DNA of 64,000 nt from an uncultured Chloroflexia bacterium (lineage in GTDB: Bacteria > Chloroflexota > Limnocylindria > Limnocylindrales > CSP1-4), in assembly GCA_963819655.1 (NCBI GenBank), contig CAWFXA010000003.1:160001-224000 (forward strand). The letters run 5' to 3'. Position numbers and translations under genes: made by a program. Under the pieces are notes generated by a model that was given only the letters and a program-made list of their open reading frames with translations, ran no database searches and was not told the origin of the DNA. Numbering within the stretch: position 1 is the stretch's first letter; every line of letters begins with the position of its first letter. Positions 41,539 to 50,153 of the stretch are shown piece after piece.

Positions 41539-42689
41539 AGGAACTGCTCGAGACGTTATCTGGCTGGCAGGGCGAGGGCATCGATGCGGGCCGCGCGGTC
41601 GTCGTTCGCACATTCGGCTCGGCCCCTCGGCCGGAGGGCGCGTCGCTGCTGTATGCGTCGGACGGTCGCATCGCGGGGTCGGTGAGCGGCGGCTGTGTCG
41701 AGGGCGCAGCCGCAGAACAGATCGAGCATGCCCGTGTGACCGGCAACGCCCGCGTCATCCGCTACGGCATCAGCGACGAGCAGGCGTGGGATGTGGGGCT
41801 CGCCTGCGGGGGCACCATCGACGTCCTGGTCCAGCCCGCGGTGCCCACCGCCGCTGTCGCGGCGGCCACTGCATCGCTCGGTGCAGGCGGCCACGGTGCC
41901 GCCGTCGTCACGCCGCTCCCCGCCGACTCCCCACCGGCCGAAGGCGGTCCGCACGAGCCGGGGGAGGGGGCGGCGCCCGAGTCGCCCCTGGTGGTCCATG
42001 AGGATGGCCGTCTTGAGGGCACGCTCGGCGATCCGGCCCTCGATGGAGCCCTGGTCGACGGCGCGCTCGACGCGTTGCGGCGCGGCCAGTCGCGCACGAT
42101 GGAGCTCGGTGAACGATCGCTCTTCGTCGAAGTGTTCCCGGTCCGGCCACGGCTCGTGGTGGTCGGCGCGGTCGAGGTGGCCCGCTCGCTGGTCCGGCTG
42201 GCGAAGGAGCTCGGGTTCGAGACCGTCGTCATCGACGGTCGGGCGTCGTTCGCGACCCCCGAGCGGTTCCCGGACGTCGACCGACTCGTCGTCGGCTGGC
42301 CCGACGAGGTCGCCGATGAGATCGGCCTCGGACCCAATGACGCCGTGGCCGTGCTGACCCACGATGTGAAGTTCGACGAACCGGCGATCGTGGAAGCGCT
42401 CAAGCGAGGTTGTCGCTATGTCGGGGCTGTCGGCTCGCGCAAGACCCAGGCGGATCGCCGGCAGCGTCTGCGCGATGCCGGCGTGAGCGACGAGGCGCTC
42501 GCCGAGCTGCGTGGTCCGGTCGGGCTCGACCTCGGCGGCCGGCAACCGGCCGAGACGGCGCTCGCGATCCTCGCCGAGGTGGTCGCAGAGCGCTACGGCG
42601 GGTCCGGGCGGCCGATGCGCGACCGTGCCGCCGAGGGACCCGCGGCGTCGCGGATGGCGATCGAGGGGACGCCGGTCACGGCCGGCTGA
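41535..42689 (+). CDS. xdhC: XdhC/CoxF-CoxI family Moco insertion chaperone
   Basis: GSVSGGCVEG, GLACGG, THD, YVGAVGSR, PVGLDLG..PAETA. Confidence 0.9.
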   Translation: MKELLETLSGWQGEGIDAGRAVVVRTFGSAPRPEGASLLYASDGRIAGSVSGGCVEGAAAEQIEHARVTGNARVIRYGISDEQAWDVGLACGGTIDVLVQPAVPTAAVAAATASLGAGGHGAAVVTPLPADSPPAEGGPHEPGEGAAPESPLVVHEDGRLEGTLGDPALDGALVDGALDALRRGQSRTMELGERSLFVEVFPVRPRLVVVGAVEVARSLVRLAKELGFETVVIDGRASFATPERFPDVDRLVVGWPDEVADEIGLGPNDAVAVLTHDVKFDEPAIVEALKRGCRYVGAVGSRKTQADRRQRLRDAGVSDEALAELRGPVGLDLGGRQPAETALAILAEVVAERYGGSGRPMRDRAAEGPAASRMAIEGTPVTAG

Positions 42690-42701
42690 CGGAGGGCGGC
42701 G

Positions 42702-43145
42702 ATGAGAGGCGACAGGGTCGAGGTGGTGGTCGACACCGGCGGGACGGTGCAGACATTCGAGATCGTGGCCACCCGCGCAGGCCGACGGATCGAGGTCACG
42801 ACGGCGCGCGGCGTCGTCGAGGTCACCGAGGTGACGCGCGGCGGGACGCCGGTCCGCACAGGCCGGTTCATGTCGAGCCGGCTGATCGCGCTCGTCGAGC
42901 ATCCGGCTCGGGAGGGGGATTCGACCGTCGAAGTCGTGACCCGTCGGCGGATCGGCGCGAAGGAACCAGGTGGCCGCCGCGGGCGGGCCGCCGAGAAGGC
43001 GCCCGGCCTGTTCGATCCGAGCGCGGCCGACCCAGTCGGCGCGGTCGACCCGGACGTGAGGCCGCAGCCGAGGGCTGAGGCGTCGCAGACGTGGACGACA
43101 CGGTCGCGACGGCTTGCGTCGGATGCACGCTACGACCGCGGATAG
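42702..43145 (+). CDS. Hypothetical protein (small beta-rich N-terminal domain)
   Basis: GGAGG RBS, coding-like codon usage, in the cox accessory operon. Confidence 0.6.
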   Translation: MRGDRVEVVVDTGGTVQTFEIVATRAGRRIEVTTARGVVEVTEVTRGGTPVRTGRFMSSRLIALVEHPAREGDSTVEVVTRRRIGAKEPGGRRGRAAEKAPGLFDPSAADPVGAVDPDVRPQPRAEASQTWTTRSRRLASDARYDRG

Positions 43146-43352
43146 CACCATCCGTGCCCGATTCGTGCGTCAGGCGCATGCCGCAGCGGCCGGCGCTCCG
43201 GTTTCATGCACCGACCGCCAGAATTGACGGCCGGGGCACCGGTGCGTGCCCGATCGGTGACAACCTGCATCGGACGCAGCCACTGAGAGCAGGCGGACGC
43301 GAGCCCGGAGACGACGTCCGACGCCGGTCGACGCATAGGCGAGCATCGGACG

Positions 43353-44799
43353 ATGCGGGACTCGCGTCGGGACGGATCGGGTCGCCGCGGTCGTCCTCGC
43401 GGCCGGCGCGGGCTCGCGCTTCGGCGGCGGCAAACTCCTGGCGCCGCTCGAGGGCCGGCCGATCCTCCAGCACGTGATGGACAGACTTGCTGCATCGGGG
43501 CTGGAGGACGTGGTGGTCGTCCTGGGCGACGACGCGGCCGATGTCGAACGGAGCATCGACTGGCATGGTGCCCGCCGGATCCGGAACCCCGACCCGTCGC
43601 GCGGCTTGTCGAGCTCGCTGCAGCACGGGATCGAGGCGCTGGCACCGAGCGTCGATGCAGCGCTGATCGTGCTCGCCGACCAGCCGCGCCTCCCGCCGCG
43701 CGCGATCCGGGCATTGCTCGACGCCGAGGTCGACGCGGCGCGACCGATCGTCGTGCCGGTCTACGGCGGCGACACCGGTCGCAACCCCGTCCTCCTCGGG
43801 CGGGCGGCGTTCGCGTTGGTCGCCGACGCGACCGGCGACCGCGGTCTGGGTCCGCTCATCGCGGCGAACGCGGAGCTGGTGCGGGAGATCCCTATCCGCG
43901 TCGAGGGCGGCAATCCGGATGTCGACACGCGGGCGGACCTCATCGGATTACTGGAGACTGCCTGGGCGACGCGCGTGCGGGCGAATGCGGAGCAGGTCGA
44001 TCGATTCCGCGAGGTCCCCGACGGCGCCGATTTCTACGCGCCGGTCACCGGCCTGTTCCGTGCGGACCCACGCCGCACTGACGAGCCGGTGCTCGACGCG
44101 CTGCTCCGCTTGGTCCAGCCGGGCGAGACGTGGATCGATATCGGCGCGGGCGCGGGTCGGTACGCCCTGCCGATCGCACTCCGCCTGGCGTTGTCAGGCG
44201 GCCGGGTCATCGCGCTCGACGCGTCGCACGGGATGCTCGATGCGTTGCTGGACCTGCAGACGGAGCATGGCGTGGCCGATGTCGAGGTCATCGAGGGTCG
44301 CTGGCCACCGGCGGACGGGTCGTCGCTCGACCGCTATCGGGCGGACGTCGCCCTGATCGCCCACGTCGGCTACGACATCGAGTCGATCGGGCCATTCGTC
44401 CACGCGATGGAGTCGGTCGCGCGGCGGCTGTGCGTTGCCGTCCTGATGGAACGCCAGCCGTCGTCGATCGCCGATGCGTGCTGGCCGCCGGTCCACGCCG
44501 AGGCGCGCGTCGCGTTGCCGGCCCTGCCCGACTTCGTGGAGCTGCTGGAAGCGCGCGGGCGGCAGCCCGCGATCGAGATGCTCCAGCGCGAGCCTCGGCT
44601 GTTCGCGTCTCGCGATGAGCTCGCGGGCTTCCTGCGCCGGCAGCTGTGGATCGAGCCCGGCGGTGAGGCCGACGAGCGGTTCCAGGCTGCCCTCGACGAT
44701 CTCGTCGTGGTCGACGCGCACGGCGGCGTCGGATTGCGCGGGCAGCAACCACTGCCGATCGGGATCGTGACATGGGATCCCCGCGGAGAGGCGGCGTGA
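43353..44799 (+). CDS. MocA-like molybdenum cofactor nucleotidyltransferase fused to a class I SAM methyltransferase (probable +1 frameshift just after the start)
   Basis: VVLAAGAGSRFGG.KL, LADQP, GNPDVDT; then WIDIGAGAGRY, ALDAS..ML. Confidence 0.82.
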
Positions 44800-45392
44800 C
44801 GAGCGCATCAGCACCGGACGGGCGGCCCATGGTCGGCCCCTTCGATCGGGCGGGCTGGCGCGGCTGGCTCGGTGCCAATCACGCGGCGACCAAGGGCGCG
44901 TACCTCGTCTCGTGGCGGCGCGCGACCGGCCGGACCAGCGTGTCGTACGAGGAGGCCGTCGAGGAGGCGTTGTGCGTCGGGTGGATCGACTCGTCCGGCA
45001 GGGTGATCGATGACGAGCGTTCGATCCAGTGGTTCGCGCCACGAAGGGCACGGAGCGTCTGGGCGCGCTCGAACAAGGAGCGGGTGGCGCGGCTGACTGC
45101 GGCCGGCCTGATGCTGCCGGCAGGGCTGGCCGTCGTCGAGGAGGCGAAGCAGTCGGGTATGTGGTCGCTACTCGACGCCGTCGAACAACTCATCGTGCCG
45201 GACGACCTGGGCGCCGCCCTGGCCGCCGTCCCGTCAGCTCGTGCGAACTGGGAAGCGTTCCCGCCGAGCGCCCAGCGGGCGATGCTCCAGTGGGTCGTGG
45301 AGGCGAGGCGCCCTGAGACGCGTGAAAAGCGCATCGCCGACATCGCCGAGAAGGCGGCGCGCAATGAGCGCGCCTACCCGCCGGCTCCCTAG
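44796..45392 (+). CDS. YdeI/OmpD-associated family protein
   Basis: EALCVGWIDS, WARSNK, VPDDL, ARRPETREKRI. Confidence 0.88.
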   Translation: MTSASAPDGRPMVGPFDRAGWRGWLGANHAATKGAYLVSWRRATGRTSVSYEEAVEEALCVGWIDSSGRVIDDERSIQWFAPRRARSVWARSNKERVARLTAAGLMLPAGLAVVEEAKQSGMWSLLDAVEQLIVPDDLGAALAAVPSARANWEAFPPSAQRAMLQWVVEARRPETREKRIADIAEKAARNERAYPPAP

Positions 45393-45808
45393 CGCTGCAG
45401 GTCGTCGATGGAGCGGAGCATCCGTTCGCCGCGGGTCATCGCCGCGACTCGGGCGCCCTCCAGGATCAGCTCGCGACAGCGCTCCTCCGGGATTCGATCG
45501 CCGGGTCGGAATGTCAGCCAGCGCACCCGTTTCGTGATGCCCGCGCCGAGGAGCAGGCCGCGTGGATCGCGCATCGCCCAGCCGTGCTCGAAGCCGAGGT
45601 GGACGTGCTCGATCTCGGGTGCGACATAGGCGAAATACGCGAGCTTCTTGCCGATCGGGAGGTCGTAGCCGATCAATCGCCACCCCGGCCTGACCCGCTC
45701 GATGGCGTCCGGGACGGTGTTCATGACGATCGCGCGGAGCCGCTGCGCGATGGCCTGCATCGGGGGAGGGAAGTCCTCGAGCAGGGCCTCGGGCGGGATA
45801 GGTTCCAT
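45389..45808 (-). CDS. DUF1801 (YdhG-like) domain protein
   Basis: LRAIV...P.A.E, HVHLGF..G..DP.GLL.G. Confidence 0.72.
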   Translation of the reverse strand: MEPIPPEALLEDFPPPMQAIAQRLRAIVMNTVPDAIERVRPGWRLIGYDLPIGKKLAYFAYVAPEIEHVHLGFEHGWAMRDPRGLLLGAGITKRVRWLTFRPGDRIPEERCRELILEGARVAAMTRGERMLRSIDDLQR

Positions 45809-45870
45809 GGTCGGCATCATGGCCGATGTTGCACCCATGAGCGGCCGTCCGCGCCCGGCGGGCGAGCCGG

Positions 45871-46434
45871 CTAGCGCGCCACGCGGTAGCGGAGGTAGAT
45901 GACTTTCGAGCTGAAGGTGCGGGTCTCGACGAGTTCGAGATCCACCCGGCGCTCGTCCCGAGGAAAGAACGGGATGCCACCGCCGACCAGCACCGAGTAG
46001 ACCATGACCCGGTACTCGTCGATCAGGCCCGACGCGGCCACCTCGGAGGCCAGCGTCGCGCCGCCGATCGCGATGTCGCCGTCTCCTGGCTCGGCGCGCA
46101 GACGCCCGATCTCCTCTGCGATGCCGCCGGAGGCCAGGCGGGCGTTGCCCTGGACCTCTGACAGCGTGGTGGAGAACACGACCTTCGGCAATGGCTTCCA
46201 GAGCCCGGACCACTCGAGCTCGGCGTCGCCGAGCGTGGGATCCTCGTCGGCGGTCTCCCAGTACAGCATCGTCTCGTACAGCCGTCGGCCCATGAGGTGG
46301 ACGCCGACCTCTCGGATCTCGTCGATCCAGAAGCGGAACACCTCGGTCTCGAACCCCGGCCAGTCGAAGCCGCCGTCCGGCCCGACGATGTAGCCGTCGA
46401 GTGACATGCTCATCGAATAGGTCACGCTGCGCAT
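45871..46434 (-). CDS. Dihydrofolate reductase/RibD C-terminal family protein
   Basis: MSLDGYI, LMGRRLYE, IGGATLA, GLIDEY; GAGGAG RBS. Confidence 0.9.
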   Translation of the reverse strand: MRSVTYSMSMSLDGYIVGPDGGFDWPGFETEVFRFWIDEIREVGVHLMGRRLYETMLYWETADEDPTLGDAELEWSGLWKPLPKVVFSTTLSEVQGNARLASGGIAEEIGRLRAEPGDGDIAIGGATLASEVAASGLIDEYRVMVYSVLVGGGIPFFPRDERRVDLELVETRTFSSKVIYLRYRVAR

Positions 46435-46560
46435 CAGAAGTCCTCCTCGGTCACGGGCTCCACGATTCGATCGCCGGACGCCGCAGGACTACCGCTACGG
46501 ACGACGACCAGATCGAAGTGTTCTGACTACGCTGGAAAGCAACGACTCGGCTGGCCATAC

Positions 46561-47244
46561 CTAGGCCCGCGGGTACCCCGATGCGTAGGCTCGCAGTTGT
46601 GTCGGCAGCGAATCGGCCGACTCCTTGTCAACGGCGAGTCGGAAGAAAAGCTCGTTCTCGATCCAAAAGCGGTACAGGAACTCTTCGAAGGTCTCCGAGC
46701 AGACAGTCATCCGGTCCGATGCATCGTCGACGTTCACGAGGCGAACTGGTTCACCTTCGCCGTTATCGAAGCCGAGCGGGTCCGGGGATACCACCACCGC
46801 TTCCGAGCCGTCAGGGCCGAGGTAGAGCAGCCAATGCAGAACCCATTGCTGGTCGGAGAGGAAATGGACGAGGATGCCACCGTCGCTCACCTCGACGCTG
46901 AAGTGTGCAAGGTCGAGGTAGCAAGCTGTCGCGGACCGGATGTGGCGTCTGGGTTCCGGGTCCTCGATGAACATGCGGAAAGACGGTGGGAACGAGAGCG
47001 ACGGCGCAATCGCCTGCAGTCCCGCGGCATCAGCGTCCCGCTCTGCCGGATCGTCGAGCCCACGCCGAAGCGACCGATCGTGGGTTGGCGTTTCGAGTAG
47101 CCAGCCGAGGGTCGCATCAAAGGCTTGCTCTGTCGGCGACATCGAATCCAGCGGGATCGGCGAGTAAGTCGTCCAGCCTGGTTCGAAGATACCCGGCAGC
47201 GCGATGCTCTCCCATACCCGCGGAAAGCCCGGCAGAGCCGTCAT
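46561..47244 (-). CDS. Hypothetical protein, possibly SMI1/KNR4 (SUKH)-like
   Basis: FPPSFRMF..., FLSDQQ...W.LYL, CSETFEEFLYRF; lower GC. Confidence 0.55.
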   Translation of the reverse strand: MTALPGFPRVWESIALPGIFEPGWTTYSPIPLDSMSPTEQAFDATLGWLLETPTHDRSLRRGLDDPAERDADAAGLQAIAPSLSFPPSFRMFIEDPEPRRHIRSATACYLDLAHFSVEVSDGGILVHFLSDQQWVLHWLLYLGPDGSEAVVVSPDPLGFDNGEGEPVRLVNVDDASDRMTVCSETFEEFLYRFWIENELFFRLAVDKESADSLPTQLRAYASGYPRA

Positions 47245-47658
47245 AGCGCAAGACTACCGGCGCGGCGTGAGCAGCTGACCGATTCCAGGAGCACTGCGTT
47301 TGGGATAGGTGGGAGTAGCACCGCGGCTCTCGATCAGGACTAATCGTCGGTGGTGCCGTCACATAGCAATACGAAACGACTCAGGTCTCCGGTCGCGACC
47401 CTGAAGTACGCGGATGGGAGCGACCTAATGGCGCGCTGATCCGCTCTCAAAGGATCGCAAGGCCGTTTCTATCGACATACCGTCGGCCGCGGACGCGCGT
47501 TATGCGGTATCGAGGCGCCCTGCGGCCTTCCTACGGCTCAGGCGGCGGCCACAAGGCCATGGTGGTGCGCGTAGTTCACGGTCCCTCCACGGTCGTTCGC
47601 AGATGGCCGGAGCACCTCGTGCCGCGATCGGTTTGGTATCGGGATTCGCCAGGTCTCG

Positions 47659-47688
47659 TTGACATGTGACCATATGGTCACATAACAT
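47659..47688 (+). promoter_or_regulatory. Sigma70 promoter with a 20-bp palindromic operator (probable ArsR autoregulation)
   Basis: TTGACA-18 nt-TAACAT; perfect palindrome ATGTGACCATATGGTCACAT at 47664-47683. Confidence 0.8.
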
Positions 47689-47695
47689 CCGGCAC

Positions 47696-48463
47696 GTGAC
47701 GGACGACATGGCTCCGGTCTTCCGGGCACTCGGCGACGCCAATCGGCGCGTGCTGCTCGACCGGCTCTTCGAGCGCGATGGCCAGACGCTCGGCGAGCTG
47801 TGCGAGGCGTTGCCCGACATGACGCGGTTCGGAGTCATGAAGCACCTCGGGGTCCTGGAAACGGCCGGTCTGATCTCGACCCGACGCGCCGGTCGAGAGA
47901 AGCGGCACTACCTGGATCCCGTGCCGATCCGTTTCGTCCACGATCGATGGACCGGCAAGTTCGCCGAATCGATCGTGGGCTCCATGACCGCTCTCAAGCG
48001 ACACCTGGAGGCACCGATGGACACGGTCGATCACGTCTATTCCGTCTACATCAAGGCACCCGCGGACCGCATCTGGCGCGCGATCACCGACGGCGACGAG
48101 ACCGTCCGCTACTACTACGGCACGAGGGTCAGCTCGACCTGGGAGGTCGGGGCGGCGATCTCGTACACGTACCCGGATGGCAGCGTGGCCGCCGACGGAT
48201 CCGTGCTCGAGATCGAGCCCGGCCGTCGCGTCGTGATGTCGTTCCACCCGCGCTGGGACCCCGACATCGAGGCGGCCGGTCCGATCAGGATGACCTGGGC
48301 GATCGAGTCCGGGGAGGGCGATGACAAGCCGTCGCGCCTGGTCGTGACCTCAGCCCTGGTATCCGGGTCGAAGACCGAGCGCGAGTTCAGCGGCGGAGTC
48401 GTGTACATCGTGTCCGGTCTCAAGACCGCGATCGAGACGGGTGCCTCGATGGCCGCGGCATAG
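47696..48463 (+). CDS. ArsR/SmtB HTH regulator fused to an SRPBCC domain
   Basis: VFRALGDANRR.LL, RFGVMKHL.VLE.AGL, then YIKAP..IW.AITD. Confidence 0.9.
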   Translation: MTDDMAPVFRALGDANRRVLLDRLFERDGQTLGELCEALPDMTRFGVMKHLGVLETAGLISTRRAGREKRHYLDPVPIRFVHDRWTGKFAESIVGSMTALKRHLEAPMDTVDHVYSVYIKAPADRIWRAITDGDETVRYYYGTRVSSTWEVGAAISYTYPDGSVAADGSVLEIEPGRRVVMSFHPRWDPDIEAAGPIRMTWAIESGEGDDKPSRLVVTSALVSGSKTEREFSGGVVYIVSGLKTAIETGASMAAA

Positions 48464-48519
48464 GCGTCGGAGGAGCGCCCAAGCCCGCTCGGGGTGGCGA
48501 AAAACCGGGCCGCGGGCCG

Positions 48520-48548
48520 TTGACGGTCCAACGACCCGGGACGATACT
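48520..48548 (+). promoter_or_regulatory. Putative promoter of the form I cox operon
   Basis: TTGACG-17 nt-GATACT about 150 nt upstream of coxM. Confidence 0.55.
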
Positions 48549-48701
48549 CGCTCGCAACATCGCCGCACCGCGGACCAGCGCGTCGAGGAGGACGCGACGG
48601 CCTCCGCGCCACCGTCATCGGACACGCTCGAGGCCTGTCCGGGCCGGACAGGGCAGGCCCCACCAGCCCCCGCGGAGAGCGGGGAGGAGGGATGCTGCGC
48701 G

Positions 48702-49574
48702 ATGATCCCCGGTCAGTTCGACTATGTGCGTCCGGGCAACCTGGACGAAGCGCTGGCGATCCTCCGAGACCGCGAAGGCGAGGCCAAGCTCCTCTCGGGC
48801 GGCTACAGCCTGATCCCTCTCATCAAGCTCCGGCTCGCCCAGCCGGCTCTTCTCGTCGACATGCGCGACCTGACCGGGCTCGACGGCATCGTCGAGACCG
48901 ACGACGAGCTTCGGATCGGGGCTCGCGCAACCCATCGCCAGATCCACGAGCACCCGGTGATGGCCCGCTATCCGATGATGCGCGAGGTGGCCGGCGGGAT
49001 CGGGGACCCGCAGGTCCGCAACTGGGGCACGATCGGCGGATCCGTGGCCCACGCCGACCCAGCCAGTGACTGGCCGGCCGTCCTGCTCGCACGGCACGCC
49101 CACATCGTCTGCAGAAGTGGCAGTGGCGAGCGCACCATCCGTGCTCGCGACTTCTTCATCGACACGTTCCAGACCGCGATCGAGCCGACCGAAGTGCTCA
49201 CCGAGATACGCATGAGCTCCCGCCCGAAGGGTGGCGGAGGTGCCTACAAGAAGCTCGAGCGGCGGGTCGGCGATTTCGCCACGGTGGGCGTCGCCGCAGC
49301 GGTGGTGATCGACGCCGGTGGTCGGATCGACACGGTCGGGATCGGCGTGACCGGCGTCTCGCCTTCGCCGTTCGTCGCGCTCGACGCCGAGGACATCCTG
49401 GAGGGCCAGGTGCCATCCGACGACCTCTTCCGTCGCGCGGCTGACGCGGCCGCCGCGCAAGCGGATCCCACAGCCGATGTCCGCGGGCCCATCGAGTACA
49501 AGCGCGGGATGGTCGCGGAGATGACGATCCGGGCCCTCCGGACAGCCGTCGAACGCGCCATGTCGGACGCGTAG
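48702..49574 (+). CDS. coxM: Aerobic CO dehydrogenase medium (FAD) subunit
   Basis: [35 protein letters not shown]. Confidence 0.93.
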   Translation: MIPGQFDYVRPGNLDEALAILRDREGEAKLLSGGYSLIPLIKLRLAQPALLVDMRDLTGLDGIVETDDELRIGARATHRQIHEHPVMARYPMMREVAGGIGDPQVRNWGTIGGSVAHADPASDWPAVLLARHAHIVCRSGSGERTIRARDFFIDTFQTAIEPTEVLTEIRMSSRPKGGGGAYKKLERRVGDFATVGVAAAVVIDAGGRIDTVGIGVTGVSPSPFVALDAEDILEGQVPSDDLFRRAADAAAAQADPTADVRGPIEYKRGMVAEMTIRALRTAVERAMSDA

Positions 49575-49588
49575 GGCGAGGGACGACC

Positions 49589-50137
49589 ATGAGCACCCAG
49601 CACATCACGGTAACGGTCAACGGCGAGGCCCGCGAGGCCGACGTCGAGCCCCGCTTCCTCCTGGTCCATCTCCTGCGGGACACGTTCGGGCTCACCGGTA
49701 CGCATATCGGCTGCGACACGAGCAATTGCGGCGCGTGCACGGTCCACATCGACGGCGTCAGCGCCAAGTCCTGCACGATGCTCGCGGTCCAGGCCGATGG
49801 GCGCGAGGTCAAGACCATAGAGGGCATGGCCGACGGCGCCAACCTCCACCCGCTCCAGCAGGCGTTCTGGGACCAGCACGGCCTGCAATGCGGGTTCTGT
49901 ACGCCGGGGATGATCATGCAGGCCGCCTGGCTGCTCGGCGAGAACCCCGACCCGAGCGAGGAGGAGATCCGCGAGGGGATCAGCGGCAACCTCTGCCGCT
50001 GCACCGGCTACGTGAACATCGTGAAGGCGATCCGGCAGGCGTCAGGGCAGCTCAGCACCGACGAGTCGGCGCCGGTCGTCGCCGCCGAGACCACCGAAGG
50101 CCAGGCCGTGTCGGCCGAACCGGCCGCGGCCGGTTGA
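49589..50137 (+). CDS. coxS: Aerobic CO dehydrogenase small (2Fe-2S) subunit
   Basis: [27 protein letters not shown]. Confidence 0.94.
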   Translation: MSTQHITVTVNGEAREADVEPRFLLVHLLRDTFGLTGTHIGCDTSNCGACTVHIDGVSAKSCTMLAVQADGREVKTIEGMADGANLHPLQQAFWDQHGLQCGFCTPGMIMQAAWLLGENPDPSEEEIREGISGNLCRCTGYVNIVKAIRQASGQLSTDESAPVVAAETTEGQAVSAEPAAAG

Positions 50138-50153
50138 GTGGGGAGCAACAAAC

